A stretch of 64,000 bases of DNA from an uncultured bacterium (GCA_938010045.1 CALLFZ010000020.1:38754-102753), one strand, 5' to 3'; counted from the first letter of the stretch, positions 49,219 through 61,531 are shown. Translations and numbers: made by a program. Notes: a model not told the origin generated them from the letters alone.

Positions 49219-50718
49219 CTATCGATCGGTCGCGACGCCCGCAAGCCAGTCGGCCAGCAGCCGCGCCCCAAAGAGTGTGGCGCCCGCGCCACGGTGGGCG
49301 GCCGCCGCTGGATCCCGCGCGGTGCCGGCGATATCCAAGTGCGCCCACCGCACGCCGTCCGGCACGAAGCGCCTCAGGAATGCCGCGCCGAGAATCGTGC
49401 CCGCGCCGTGCTCACCGCTGTCCGAATTGGCGAGGTCCGCAAATTCGCTGGCGAGCGCCTCGTCGTATTCCGGCCACAACGGCAGAGGCCACAGCCGCTC
49501 GCCGCAGTCTTCCCCCGCCGATCGCAGAGCCCCCATAAGCTCTTCGTCATTGCCGAGCACGGCAGCCGCATGGTGGCCCAGCGCAACGACCGCCGCCCCA
49601 GTCAGCGTCGCGACATCGACGATGATCTCGGGATCGCGCTCCGAGGCCATCGACAGCGCGTCGGCGAGGATCAGCCGTCCCTCCGCATCCGTGGACACCA
49701 CCTCGACCGTGAGACCGGATCGCGTGCGCACCACGTCGCCCGGCCGCACCGCTCCACCGTCGGGCATGTTCTCTGCCACGGGGAGCCAGCCCGAGACCCG
49801 CACCGGCAACCGGCGCACGGCAGCCAACACCATCGCGCCCAGCACCGCCATGCCGCCGCTCTTGTCGTAACGCATCATGTTCATGTTCTTCCATGGCTTC
49901 AGCGACAGGCCGCCGGAGTCGAACGTGATCGTCTTGCCGATCAGTGCGATGGGACGGCCACAGGCGCCAGGTCCCCGATACTCGATTTCGATCAGGCGCG
50001 GAGGGTGAACGCTACCACGGCCGACCGCCAACAACGCGCTGCACCGCTCGCGCTCCAACGCACGCCGCTCGTAGACGCGGACGCGCAGACCATGACGACG
50101 ACACAATCGCGCCGTTTCGCGCGCGATCACCTCAGGCGAGGCGAGGTTCGCGGGCAGATTCGCGAGCCGGACGACGTCGAGCAACGCCTCCGCCTCGGTC
50201 GCCCCCACCGCCGCTGCGCGAGCAACCCCCTGCGAGCGAGCCCCGGCGCGGACGACAACCTGCAAGGATCGGCGCCGGGGCGGCTCTCGCTGAAGCTTCT
50301 CCGGCCATCCGCCGCACAAGACCGCGGCGAACGCCAGGCGACGCGCCCAATCCACCGCTCCCCCAGACGCTGGCAGAGGGGCCACCAGCCGCTGGAATTC
50401 GCGGGCGGCGCACGTCCGCACCGCAGCCCCCAGTGATTGCTCCAGTCTCCATGGCGGTGGCTCCGCCGTCTCCCCCGCGCCGCTGAACACCCACCATGCG
50501 GGCCCTCTCGCGCCATCGCCGCGCAGCAGCGACACCGTGCCGAGCTTCGCGGCATCCGTGCATCGCGTCAGCCAGTCCTCAAGGCGCCGGGCAACGTCAT
50601 CGCTCGTTTCGATCAACGCCACGGGCCGACCCGCGCGACGTACCACCGGTACCCACACCGCACCACGGGCTTCCCCAGCCCCTCCCGGCCGAGCCGCGGA
50701 AACCTGAACCTTCGTCAA
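49219..50718 (-). CDS. pepA: Leucyl aminopeptidase (M17)
   Basis: GKTITFDSGGLSLK, MRYDKSG, TDAEGRLILAD, ATLTGA, HLDIAG. Confidence 0.9.
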   Translation of the reverse strand: MTKVQVSAARPGGAGEARGAVWVPVVRRAGRPVALIETSDDVARRLEDWLTRCTDAAKLGTVSLLRGDGARGPAWWVFSGAGETAEPPPWRLEQSLGAAVRTCAAREFQRLVAPLPASGGAVDWARRLAFAAVLCGGWPEKLQREPPRRRSLQVVVRAGARSQGVARAAAVGATEAEALLDVVRLANLPANLASPEVIARETARLCRRHGLRVRVYERRALERERCSALLAVGRGSVHPPRLIEIEYRGPGACGRPIALIGKTITFDSGGLSLKPWKNMNMMRYDKSGGMAVLGAMVLAAVRRLPVRVSGWLPVAENMPDGGAVRPGDVVRTRSGLTVEVVSTDAEGRLILADALSMASERDPEIIVDVATLTGAAVVALGHHAAAVLGNDEELMGALRSAGEDCGERLWPLPLWPEYDEALASEFADLANSDSGEHGAGTILGAAFLRRFVPDGVRWAHLDIAGTARDPAAAAHRGAGATLFGARLLADWLAGVATDR

Positions 50719-51038
50719 CGCAGCTCCTCCGGCAATTGCGCGCGACGCGCTGGATCCCCTGGAAGATCGTTGGCATCGAACCCCAGAAGCACAATCGCGC
50801 GCTCAAAGTTGCGTCGCGCCGCGCGCTCGCTGTTATAGGTCACCCTAACCACACGATTCGAAGGATCGGTCTCCACGCGGATCAGGATGTTCGTGTCGAA
50901 CCCGCGCAGTGCTTGCTCCACCATCTGGACTGCCTGCGGCGTCCGCATTTGAGGCACGCGGATCTCAAAGGTTCGAATCACCTCGCGGAAGCACCCGGCC
51001 GCCAAGAGCGCCGCGACCACACCACACATCCAGCGCAT
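50715..51038 (-). CDS. Lipoprotein with HMA-like domain lacking CxxC
   Basis: LLAAGC lipobox; EIRVPQM...VEQAL...VRVTY...AIVLLGFDAN pattern. Confidence 0.7.
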   Translation of the reverse strand: MRWMCGVVAALLAAGCFREVIRTFEIRVPQMRTPQAVQMVEQALRGFDTNILIRVETDPSNRVVRVTYNSERAARRNFERAIVLLGFDANDLPGDPARRAQLPEELR

Positions 51039-51075
51039 CAAGGTTCTCCTACCGTTCGTTCGGGCACGGACACGC

Positions 51076-51105
51076 ACGATAGGGCTGCGCGGCTGCTCCT
51101 GTCAA
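51076..51105 (-). promoter_or_regulatory. Sigma70-type promoter for lipoprotein-pepA-purC-xerD
   Basis: Minus strand TTGACA-N18-TATCGT. Confidence 0.55.
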
Positions 51106-51204
51106 ATGATCGAATCTCGAGAGGAACACGGTCACCTCTCTGGGCGCAGGGGGCGAATCGAACCGACGGGGGTAGCCGGGACGTTGGCTCTGGCTAGGCG
51201 CCCT

Positions 51205-51708
51205 TGGGGACAGGCACAAGCGCAGACGACGCAACCATCTCGATCTCAATCTGCCGTGACTTTTTGTCGGGTGCCTGTCCCCATTTGAGTCCCCATTTGA
51301 ATCCTCGATCATTGTCGAGCGCCGCCGCGCCGATGCCCGCTCACAACGAGGCCGTCGATCGCGGCGGTCGTGGCACAGGGCTGGCCTGATGGTTTCCTCT
51401 CCGCTGTAGCTCCGGCGCTCCGCCGCCGGAACAAGGCTTGTGGGGGCCGGTGGTAGCAGGCACCTCGGACGGCGGCTGGGACAGGCCCCTCTGGAGCGGC
51501 TGCTGGGGAGAAACACGTACCTGCTCGGCCGAGCACTCCAGCGATCATCGCCCCGCCCTAGCCGCCAGAGATCGTCATAGGGACAGGCAGCGCTCTGGGC
51601 GCAGGCTGGTGCAGAGAACCGATCGGGTTCGCTAGGTGCCTGTCCCCAGTCCGGTCCCCAGCCCGCTGCCCCGTCCGCCATTGGGGACGCCATTGGGGAC
51701 AGGCACAC
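51205..51708. repeat. Second mosaic cluster of GGGGACAGGCAC REP-like repeats including a 79-bp unit (51205-51283)
   Basis: Copies near 51205, 51271 (inverted), 51452, 51477, 51577, 51636 (inverted) and 51694; about 200 bp align with 29439-29621. Confidence 0.85.
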
Positions 51709-51798
51709 GTCCCGCGGAATCCTCCTACCCGCATCCTGACCCCACGTTTTCCCCCTTCGAAACAAAATCCGCCGCGCAATCGGCTTTCCGGGGCCCTC

Positions 51799-51827
51799 TT
51801 GACGCAGAACCTTGTCGCTTGTATGTT
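51799..51827 (+). promoter_or_regulatory. Sigma70-type promoter of the candidate sRNA
   Basis: TTGACG (51799-51804), 17-nt spacer, TATGTT (51822-51827). Confidence 0.6.
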
Positions 51828-51833
51828 GATCAT

Positions 51834-51896
51834 GGGCAGTGTGCGTTTTCCCTGGGTTCCCCACCCAACCTCCTTGGCGCACGCTGCCCTTTTTTT
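51834..51896 (+). ncRNA. Candidate small RNA: single hairpin with C-rich/anti-SD loops and U-tract terminator
   Basis: gggcagtgtgcg (51834-45) pairs with cgcacgctgccc (51878-89), then T7; inner tgggt-tcccc-accca hairpin; ACCTCCTT unpaired. Confidence 0.5.
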
Positions 51897-51954
51897 GTTT
51901 GCGTAGCCACGAAACCGGCCGGATGGCCTGGACCGAAGCGGTCGTCGTGCAGCC

Positions 51955-52911
51955 TCAGCCAATGCCCTCAAACAATGCGGTGGACAAGTACCGCTCGCCC
52001 GCGTCGGGCAGAACCACGACGATCGTCTTCCCCGCCATCTCCGGCTCACGCGCAACGCGCACCGCCACCGCGGCCGCGGCACCGCAGGAGATCCCGCACA
52101 GAATCCCCTCTTCGCGCGCGAGCCGTCGCGCCATTTCAATCGCTTCCTGGCTATCCACCTGCTCCACCCGGTCCACGAGCCCGAGGTCCAGCACATCGGG
52201 TAGGAAGCCCGCGCCGATGCCCTGAATCTTGTGCGGACCGGGTTTCAACTCCTGCCCGGCCAGCTTCTGGGAGATCACCGGACTTTCGCGCGGCTCCACC
52301 GCGATGGAGTACAGCGGACGTCCGCGCACGCGCTCGAAATAGCGCGACACGCCCGTGATCGTGCCCCCCGTCCCCACGCCGGCCACGAGCACATCCACCT
52401 GTCCCTCGGTATCGTTCCAAATCTCCGGCCCCGTGGTGGCCTCGTGAATGGCGGGATTCGCGGGATTCTTGAACTGTTGCGGCAGGAAATAACGCTCGGG
52501 ATCCGAGGCCGCAATCTCCTCTGCGCGCCGCACGGCGCCCCGCATACCCTCGCTGCCGGGGGTGAGGACGAGACGCGCGCCGAACATGGCCAGTACCCGA
52601 CGGCGCTCGAGGCTCATCGTCTCGGGCATCGTTAGCGTTAGCGGATATCCGCGAGCCGCCGCGACGAACGCGAGCGCGATACCGGTATTGCCGCTCGTCG
52701 GCTCGATGATCTCCATCCCTTGGCGCAAAACACCTCGCTGTTCCGCATCCCACACCATCGAGGCGCCGATGCGGCACTTCACCGAGTACGCCGGATTTCG
52801 CCCCTCAATCTTCGCGAGAACCGTCGCCTTCGCGTCACCCACCACGCGGTTCAGCCGCACCAGGGGAGTCCGCCCGATGGACTCCGAATTGTCGGCAAAG
52901 ATCATGCTCAT
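51955..52911 (-). CDS. cysK: Cysteine synthase A
   Basis: [43 protein letters not shown]. Confidence 0.96.
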   Translation of the reverse strand: MSMIFADNSESIGRTPLVRLNRVVGDAKATVLAKIEGRNPAYSVKCRIGASMVWDAEQRGVLRQGMEIIEPTSGNTGIALAFVAAARGYPLTLTMPETMSLERRRVLAMFGARLVLTPGSEGMRGAVRRAEEIAASDPERYFLPQQFKNPANPAIHEATTGPEIWNDTEGQVDVLVAGVGTGGTITGVSRYFERVRGRPLYSIAVEPRESPVISQKLAGQELKPGPHKIQGIGAGFLPDVLDLGLVDRVEQVDSQEAIEMARRLAREEGILCGISCGAAAAVAVRVAREPEMAGKTIVVVLPDAGERYLSTALFEGIG

Positions 52912-54152
52912 GTTCGTGTGCTCCCTTCGGACCCGTCGTCACGCCCGGATCTGCCGTTCTCAGGCCTCCCCGACAGCGGCCGCCCGGCCGCCGTCGCACC
53001 CGCCGGTGCGGCATCGGCAGCCAACGCCTGCTCCAGATCGCCCATCAAGTCGTCCGGATGCTCGATGCCGACCGAAAGTCTCACGAGATGGTCGGAAATA
53101 CCGCGCGCGCGCCGTTCGGACGGCGGAATTGAGGCATGGGTCATGCGCGGCGGGTAACACACGAGCGATTCCACTCCGCCCAGACTCTCCGCCAGCGCGA
53201 ACACGCGCAGACGACTAACGAACCGCTCGATGGCCGGGAATCCGCCGCGCAACTCGAAACTCACCATCCCGCCGCCGCCCGCCATCTGTCGGCGCACAAG
53301 CTCGGCCTGCGGATGGTCCACGAACCCCGGATAGTACACCCGCTCCACCGATGGATGACGGCGCAGCCATTCGGCCACCATCGCCGCGTTCCGACAGTGC
53401 GCTTGCATCCGCACCGCCAGCGTCTTGAGCCCCCGCAGCGCGAGCCAGCAGTCCCACGGCCCCGGCACAGCGCCGAACGCGTTCTGATACAGCCAGATGC
53501 GCCGGCCCACCTCCTCCTCCCGCCAAACCACGGCCCCTCCGATCAGGTCGCTGTGACCGCCAATGTACTTCGTCGTGCTGTGCACCACGAGATCCGCACC
53601 GAGCTCCAGCGGCCGCTGCAACCAGGGACTCGCAAACGTGTTATCCACCGCCAGCAGCGCGCCGTGCTCCCGCGCGATCTGCGCCACCGCCGCGATGTCC
53701 ACCAGCTTCAGCAGCGGATTCGTCGGCGTCTCGATCCAGATCAGCCGCGTTGAAGGTCGCATCGCGGCACAATACGCCTCTGGTTCGGTCGTCCTCACAT
53801 AGTCGAACACAAGGCCCCACGGCCGAAAATAGCGCTCGAACAGGCGGTAGGTGCCGCCATACAGATCGTCGCCGGCGATGACGTGGTCGCCCGGCCGCAG
53901 CAGGTGAAGCACGGCCGCCGTCGCCGCGACACCGGAAGCGAACGCCGCGGCCCCCGCGCCGCTTTCCACGGCCGCCAGCGCCGTCTCCAGCGCCGTCCGC
54001 GTGGGATTGCCGGTCCGCGAGTATTCGTAGCCCCGCGGACGTCCGATGCCGTCTTGCTGATACGTCGACGTTTGATACACCGGCACCGTGATCGCCCCCG
54101 TTCGGCGGTCCGGTTCCTGACCCGCGTGAATCGCCAGCGTTTCAAACTTCAC
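52908..54152 (-). CDS. Cystathionine gamma-lyase/synthase
   Basis: [48 protein letters not shown]. Confidence 0.93.
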   Translation of the reverse strand: MKFETLAIHAGQEPDRRTGAITVPVYQTSTYQQDGIGRPRGYEYSRTGNPTRTALETALAAVESGAGAAAFASGVAATAAVLHLLRPGDHVIAGDDLYGGTYRLFERYFRPWGLVFDYVRTTEPEAYCAAMRPSTRLIWIETPTNPLLKLVDIAAVAQIAREHGALLAVDNTFASPWLQRPLELGADLVVHSTTKYIGGHSDLIGGAVVWREEEVGRRIWLYQNAFGAVPGPWDCWLALRGLKTLAVRMQAHCRNAAMVAEWLRRHPSVERVYYPGFVDHPQAELVRRQMAGGGGMVSFELRGGFPAIERFVSRLRVFALAESLGGVESLVCYPPRMTHASIPPSERRARGISDHLVRLSVGIEHPDDLMGDLEQALAADAAPAGATAAGRPLSGRPENGRSGRDDGSEGSTRT

Positions 54153-55537
54153 AGTCCGGCTCCCAGATCCGACTCCGGCTCATCCCGACGCATGATGAAG
54201 AAATCAATCACGTCCATCTTCGTCACCACGCCGACCGGCGTGCCGCCGCGCGTCACTAGGATCGCCGGCGCGCCGGCCAAAAACCCGCGATAGGCGGTGC
54301 CAACCTCAACGTTCTCATCGAGCTCGGGCAGCGGCCGGCCCATCACCGCGCCCACCTCCTGGTTGCTCGCATCGATGCCGTCCAGCAGCAGCTTCATGAT
54401 CGTGGCCTCTTGCAGGCTGCCCACGGCGCATCCGTTCTCGATCACGGGCAACTGTGAGATGTTGTAGACGTGCATCAACTCAACGGCTCGCCGCAGCCGA
54501 TCGCGCGGTGTGACCGCGATCAGGTCGGGCATCACGTGCTTCAGCCGCAGCACATCGGCCAGCGTGCGCCGACGCCGGTGGGACGGCTCCCAAAATCCGT
54601 GCTCACGCATCCAGTCGTCGTTGAAGCATTTCGTGAGGTAATTGCGCGCGGTGTCGGGCAAGAGCACGACCACCAGCCGCGGTTTGCGCATCGTCTCGGC
54701 ATATTTGATGGCCGCCGCCACAGCCGTGCCGGACGAACCGCCAGCGAGGATTCCCTCCTCGCGTGCGAGACGACGCGCCATGAGGAACGACTCGCGATCG
54801 TTGACGCGGACCATTTCGTCCACCACCGGTCGGTCGAAGGTACGGGGCACGAAGTCTTCTCCGATCCCCTCCACCAGGTACGTCCGCGGCTGACCGCCGG
54901 AGAGCACGGAGCCCTCGGGATCGGCCCCGACAATCTGAATGTCCGGATTGCGCTCCTTCAGATACCGCCCCACACCGGAGATGGTGCCGCCCGTACCCAT
55001 GCCGGCCACAAACACGCCGACCTGACCGCCGGTCTGCTCCCAGATCTCGGGACCGGTGGAACGGTAGTGCGCGGCAGGATTTTCCGCGTTCATGAACTGG
55101 TTGGGACGGAACGCGCCCGGGATTTCGCGGGCGAGTCGGTCGGCCACCCCGTTGTAGCTATCGGGCGAGTCGGGCGGCACATCGGTGGCCGTGACCACGA
55201 CCTCGGCGCCGAGCGCCCGCAGCAGTCGCATTTTGTCCTCGCTCATCTTATCGGGCATCACCACGATGAGCCGATAGCCCTTGACCGCCGCCACCAACGC
55301 CAGACCGACACCCGTGTTGCCCGCCGTCGCCTCGATGATCGTGCCGCCCGGTTGGAGGTGGCCCGCCCGTTCCGCGGCTTCGATCATCGCCAACGCCGGA
55401 CGGTCCTTCACGCTGCCGCCAGGGTTGAGAAACTCTGCCTTGACGCAGATCGGCGAGTCGACGTGCGCCGCGATGCGGCGCAAGCGGATAAGCGGCGTGC
55501 GGCCGATCGCCTCAAGGACCGATCCGCAAATGCCCAT
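54149..55537 (-). CDS. Cystathionine beta-synthase with C-terminal CBS domains
   Basis: NPGGSVKDR, ATAGNTG, PDKMSEDK, GMGTGGT, VEGIGEDF, CBS pair (ISQLPV). Confidence 0.9.
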   Translation of the reverse strand: MGICGSVLEAIGRTPLIRLRRIAAHVDSPICVKAEFLNPGGSVKDRPALAMIEAAERAGHLQPGGTIIEATAGNTGVGLALVAAVKGYRLIVVMPDKMSEDKMRLLRALGAEVVVTATDVPPDSPDSYNGVADRLAREIPGAFRPNQFMNAENPAAHYRSTGPEIWEQTGGQVGVFVAGMGTGGTISGVGRYLKERNPDIQIVGADPEGSVLSGGQPRTYLVEGIGEDFVPRTFDRPVVDEMVRVNDRESFLMARRLAREEGILAGGSSGTAVAAAIKYAETMRKPRLVVVLLPDTARNYLTKCFNDDWMREHGFWEPSHRRRRTLADVLRLKHVMPDLIAVTPRDRLRRAVELMHVYNISQLPVIENGCAVGSLQEATIMKLLLDGIDASNQEVGAVMGRPLPELDENVEVGTAYRGFLAGAPAILVTRGGTPVGVVTKMDVIDFFIMRRDEPESDLGAGL

Positions 55538-55543
55538 CAATCG

Positions 55544-56014
55544 TCACCCCCACGATCTGGCAGACTCACCTGGGTTTCGCTCTTCCAGTTCGATCCGCAC
55601 CGGCGTCGGGTTCGCCAGATTGTCCGACACCGGACAGCGTCCACGCACCGTCTCGAGCCAGCGGGAAAGGGTCGCCGGATCCGCATCCGCCACCACGCGC
55701 AGAACCGCTCGGATCTCGCGAAAACCGGCGCGCGCCGAAGTCGGCTCTCCGCGGAAGCGCGCTGGGTCGAGCACGCCACTCAGCGCCATCTCAAGGGAGC
55801 GGATCGCGAATCCCATCTCCCGCGCCACGACATGCGCTACCACGTTGAGGCAGCCCGCCAGCCCGGCCAGCACGTGTTCCACGGGATTTGCGCCCGCGTC
55901 GGACCCCCCCAAGTCCGCCGGCTCGTCCACCACCAGTCGAAACTGGCGGGCCGTCACCACTGTACGTGCGGCCGACTCCGATCGTCCCACCACCGCGAAT
56001 TCGACATCCGACAT
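55544..56014 (-). CDS. OsmC-family protein
   Basis: DEPADLGGSDAGANPVE, LAGC, RCPVSDNL. Confidence 0.9.
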   Translation of the reverse strand: MSDVEFAVVGRSESAARTVVTARQFRLVVDEPADLGGSDAGANPVEHVLAGLAGCLNVVAHVVAREMGFAIRSLEMALSGVLDPARFRGEPTSARAGFREIRAVLRVVADADPATLSRWLETVRGRCPVSDNLANPTPVRIELEERNPGESARSWG

Positions 56015-56046
56015 GACGTCGCCCTCAGTGTTCGTAGCGCGATCGC

Positions 56047-57860
<1,814 letters not shown>

Positions 57861-57889
57861 TGCGCGCGGTCTTTCCCATTTCTGCACTC

Positions 57890-57917
57890 ATTCTACACCA
57901 TCCCAGAATGATGTCAA
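57890..57917 (-). promoter_or_regulatory. Sigma70-type promoter of the sulfur amino-acid operon
   Basis: Minus strand TTGACA-N16-TAGAAT within an AT-rich patch. Confidence 0.7.
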
Positions 57918-58115
57918 GTTTTTCGATTCGGTTAGTTCTGTTTTTCAGATCTCTAAACTTTACCCATTGACGTTCAAACACTACGAATCAAGTTCTCTAA
58001 ACAAGTTGTCGCAAACACATTCGAGGATCAAACGAAAAACGCGACGAATCCGATATTGGGCCGGCGGAGCTTTTTCCGCGGACCGCGCGCCAGACACGCC
58101 CGCGAACTCAATCGG

Positions 58116-58937
58116 TCAGTCGGAACGAAGATCGAGCTCCGCCGCCACGAGGCACATGGCGGCCATGGCCGCCGTCTCGACCCTCAAAATCTGCCGGCTG
58201 AGCTGAATCTTCGCGAAACCCGCCGCGCACAGCCGCCGGACCTCAGCTTCGCTCCACCCTCCTTCCGGTCCCACCGCCACGCGAACGCGCCGGCCGGAAT
58301 CCGGCAACAGCAGCCGTTCCCGCATGACCGTCCAACCTTCCGCGCCTGAGCCAGTATCGCAAATAAGCGAGACATCCGCATCGCAGCTTGCGGCAACAGC
58401 CGCATCCATATCGCCGAACCAGAGAACCTGGGGCAGACGATTGCGCCCACATTGTTTCGCGGCCGCAATCGCGGTGGCGCGCCATCGCTCAGCCCAGCGC
58501 CCACAAGCCGCCGCTGACGGACGACCGATCGTTCGCTCGGCGGCGAACAATATGACGCGATGAAAGCCGAGCTCAACGGCAGCGCGTACGATCTCGTCCT
58601 TCTTCTCCCCCTTCGGCGCGCCCTGCAGAAGCGTGCCGTGCCATCGGGACGGCGCTTCGCAGATCGGAATCTCCAATTCGAGAGACACCGTCCGGCCGTG
58701 CACCGAGCTGACCCACCCTTGCGCACTCCGCCCTTCGCCGTCGAATGCCTCCACCGGCGCACCGGCTCCCAGCCGCAGCACCACCGCGATGTGGTGCGAT
58801 TCCTCCGGGCTTAGAGTCGCCTCCCCCCCATCGGGCGGAAGATTCTCTACGAAGCAGCGAGGGGGACGATGAGCGGACCGTTCGTCGGGCTGACCGCCCC
58901 GGATGGCGTCATGCCTCGAGCTTCGCCTTCCGGTCAT
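58116..58937 (-). CDS. rsmE: 16S rRNA m3U1498 methyltransferase
   Basis: [36 protein letters not shown]; start uncertain, overlaps dnaJ end. Confidence 0.92.
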   Translation of the reverse strand: MTGRRSSRHDAIRGGQPDERSAHRPPRCFVENLPPDGGEATLSPEESHHIAVVLRLGAGAPVEAFDGEGRSAQGWVSSVHGRTVSLELEIPICEAPSRWHGTLLQGAPKGEKKDEIVRAAVELGFHRVILFAAERTIGRPSAAACGRWAERWRATAIAAAKQCGRNRLPQVLWFGDMDAAVAASCDADVSLICDTGSGAEGWTVMRERLLLPDSGRRVRVAVGPEGGWSEAEVRRLCAAGFAKIQLSRQILRVETAAMAAMCLVAAELDLRSD

Positions 58938-60090
58938 AGTATCGGTCCACGCGCCGCTGAAACTCCGTGATCTCAGGATAGTTGGAGGGCTCGAGCAGAC
59001 TCCGCAACTCCTCCAGCGCCTTGCGCTGACGCGCGGAGAGGCGCTGCGGCACTTCGATGCGCACTCGGACGAAATGATCTCCGTGTACGCCCTGGCGCGG
59101 ATTCCGCACGCCCTGGCCCGCCAATCGGAACATCCGCCCACTTTCGGTACCGGCCGGGATTTTCAACCTTGCCGGCCCGTGAATTGTGGGCACTTCGATC
59201 TCGCCGCCCGTGATCGCGACATCGAAGGGGATGGGCACCTCGCACAGAATGTCATCACCGCGACGCTCGAAGACATCGTGCGGCCGCACGTGCAGCACCA
59301 CGTACAGGTCGCCCGCCGCGCCGCCGCGGAATCCCGCCTCTCCATGCCCGGCCAGCCGCAGCCGCGAACCGGTCTCGACGCCCGCCGGAATCTTGAGCTC
59401 TACTGTCCGCCGCGCCTTGACCCGGCCCTCACCGCGGCAGGTCCGACACGGACGCGCCAGCACCTCCCCCGTGCCGTGGCAGTGCGGACATGTCCGCCGC
59501 ACCTGGAAAAAGCCCTGCGAATGCACGATCATGCCGCGACCGCCACAGTGCCGGCATCGTTCGCGTCCGCTTCCCCGTTCCGCCCCGCTGCCGCCGCAAT
59601 CGGGACAGGGCTGGAGCATCGGCAGCTGCAGTTCCCGGCGTGACCCCAACACGGCCTCCTCGAAGTCAATCTCCAGGTCGAATCTGAGATCGCCGCCGCG
59701 GTGCGACTCGCCCCGCCCTTCCTCTTCAACTCCAACCCCAAAGAAGTCGTCGAAAATGCTGCCCGCGCCGCCGAACGCGCCCATGAACGTCCGCAACGCC
59801 TCTTCCAAATCAATGCCGCCGAAGCCGCCCGTGAAACCACCGCCTGGCCCCGGCCCACCTCCGAAGGCCGCATGGCCGAACTGGTCGTACTGTCGGCGTT
59901 TCTCCGGATCGCTCAGCACTTCGTACGCCTCGGAGATCTGCTTGAACTTCTCCTCGGCCGCTTTGTTGCCGGGGTTGCGGTCGGGATGGTATTGCAAAGC
60001 CAGACGCCGATACGCTTTCTTGATGTCCTCGGCGCTCGCGTCCCGCGGAATTCCCAGAACCTCGTAGTAGTCCGGCCGCACGTCAGGCAT
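58909..60090 (-). CDS. dnaJ: Molecular chaperone DnaJ
   Basis: J domain with HPD, G/F region, four CxxCxGxG repeats. Confidence 0.98.
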   Translation of the reverse strand: MPDVRPDYYEVLGIPRDASAEDIKKAYRRLALQYHPDRNPGNKAAEEKFKQISEAYEVLSDPEKRRQYDQFGHAAFGGGPGPGGGFTGGFGGIDLEEALRTFMGAFGGAGSIFDDFFGVGVEEEGRGESHRGGDLRFDLEIDFEEAVLGSRRELQLPMLQPCPDCGGSGAERGSGRERCRHCGGRGMIVHSQGFFQVRRTCPHCHGTGEVLARPCRTCRGEGRVKARRTVELKIPAGVETGSRLRLAGHGEAGFRGGAAGDLYVVLHVRPHDVFERRGDDILCEVPIPFDVAITGGEIEVPTIHGPARLKIPAGTESGRMFRLAGQGVRNPRQGVHGDHFVRVRIEVPQRLSARQRKALEELRSLLEPSNYPEITEFQRRVDRYYDRKAKLEA

Positions 60091-60667
60091 CGCCGCCTTC
60101 CTCCGGCACGGACGGCTCCGAGGTGCCCGCCGCGACCACCACCTGCGCAGCCCGCAGCAGCCGCTCGCCGATCCGATAGCCTTTCTTCAGAACGCGAACG
60201 ACCGTATCGGGTCGGGCATCGGGCGACGGCTCGTGCGCGACCGCCTCGTGTTGGTGGGGATCGAACGGCCGTCCCAGCGCCTCGATTTCCTCCACTCCCC
60301 AGCGCTTCAGCGCCTCGACAAACTGCCCGCGCACGGCCTCGAACCCGGCTCGCACGCCATTCGAAATACCTGCTCGCGCCGCCGCCTCCAGCCCCATCTC
60401 AAAATGGTCGATCACCGGCAGGAGGTCCGCGAGCAGTTCCTCGATGACCTGCCGGCGCAGTTCCAGCCGCTCGCGCTGTGATCGCTTCCGAAAATTGTCG
60501 AAATCGGCTTGCAGACGCAGCAACCGGTCGTTCAACGCCGCAATGTCAGCCTGCAGGGTCTCGGTCTCCGCGCTCGACGCAGCGGCGCTCGCGCCCGGCG
60601 CGGAATCAGCGGCCGCATGGGGAGCCGCTTCGCTCTGCTTCACATCATCGTTCATAGGTGACCGCAT
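60083..60667 (-). CDS. grpE: Nucleotide exchange factor GrpE
   Basis: [42 protein letters not shown] (alternative start 60655). Confidence 0.96.
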   Translation of the reverse strand: MRSPMNDDVKQSEAAPHAAADSAPGASAAASSAETETLQADIAALNDRLLRLQADFDNFRKRSQRERLELRRQVIEELLADLLPVIDHFEMGLEAAARAGISNGVRAGFEAVRGQFVEALKRWGVEEIEALGRPFDPHQHEAVAHEPSPDARPDTVVRVLKKGYRIGERLLRAAQVVVAAGTSEPSVPEEGGDA

Positions 60668-60766
60668 GAATCCTGTTCGCGATTGAACTGTGAGGATATC
60701 ACATCCGACGATTTGCGACCGTACGGGAAACGAACCCGATGAGACGCCCGTCTCAACTCGACGGGG

Positions 60767-61531
60767 TCACCACCCCATGCCGGGTGGCCGCGGCCCCAAC
60801 CGTGGCCCCCCCTCCCCCATCCCGAAGTTGTAGGGCCAGGTGCTCACACCGGCGGAGGAGGAACGATTCCACCCGGCTCGCGCGTGACAGTCCGGACGAC
60901 GGTCGAGCCACGCCGGTCCCTCGCCGAAGTGATCGGCGAAGGTCCATGGGCGAACGAAATACACGGTGGTGCCGCCCGCGACCATGTACGGAGGCGCATA
61001 TTCGCGCCCCGCGGAGCGCCGCACACTCTCGGAGGCGTAGCGGCTCAGCTCTGCGGCCACCTCTCGCGCGTGGGCCTCGCGCCGGCGCTCCTCCGCTAAC
61101 GCGCGCTGTGCATCGAGCAGTGGGCCCGCAATCGACACCTCGGGGTACATGCGCGAGAACTCCGCGAGCCGCTCGATCTGCTCCGCCGGGCTCATCATGC
61201 GGTAGCCCGCGCTCTCGACCAGCTCCCGCAAGGCTTCGTCTCCGCGCGCGCGGCGCGAACGACGAGCGGCCTCGATCCGCTGCCGCGCCTCCCATTCGGC
61301 CCTCTGGCGAGCCCGCGTGTCCTCCTCCGAACGCCACTCCACGATGGTCACGCGTCCCTCGCGCAACTGCACGACACCCATAGGATAATAGAGAATCTCG
61401 ATCCCCCCGCCCCGAATGTGACCGCTGGGCGAGCCTAGCTCCGCCAGCACCCTGTCCCGCGAGTCCCCGACCTCCACGGCACCCGCCGCCGAGATCGCCA
61501 GCCAGGGCCACCACCGGATCCACCACCGCAT
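60767..61531 (-). CDS. Hypothetical exported protein
   Basis: Signal-like N-terminus; GDSRDRVLAELGSP SmpA-like pattern; coiled segment; TTGCAA-N16-TAGATT promoter upstream. Confidence 0.65.
   Translation of the reverse strand: MRWWIRWWPWLAISAAGAVEVGDSRDRVLAELGSPSGHIRGGGIEILYYPMGVVQLREGRVTIVEWRSEEDTRARQRAEWEARQRIEAARRSRRARGDEALRELVESAGYRMMSPAEQIERLAEFSRMYPEVSIAGPLLDAQRALAEERRREAHAREVAAELSRYASESVRRSAGREYAPPYMVAGGTTVYFVRPWTFADHFGEGPAWLDRRPDCHARAGWNRSSSAGVSTWPYNFGMGEGGPRLGPRPPGMGW

Noticed and set aside
51049..51882. Minus-strand ORF with AAGGAGG near its start
   Set aside because: It crosses repeat DNA with no protein-like features; the promoter and U-tract favour a plus-strand RNA.
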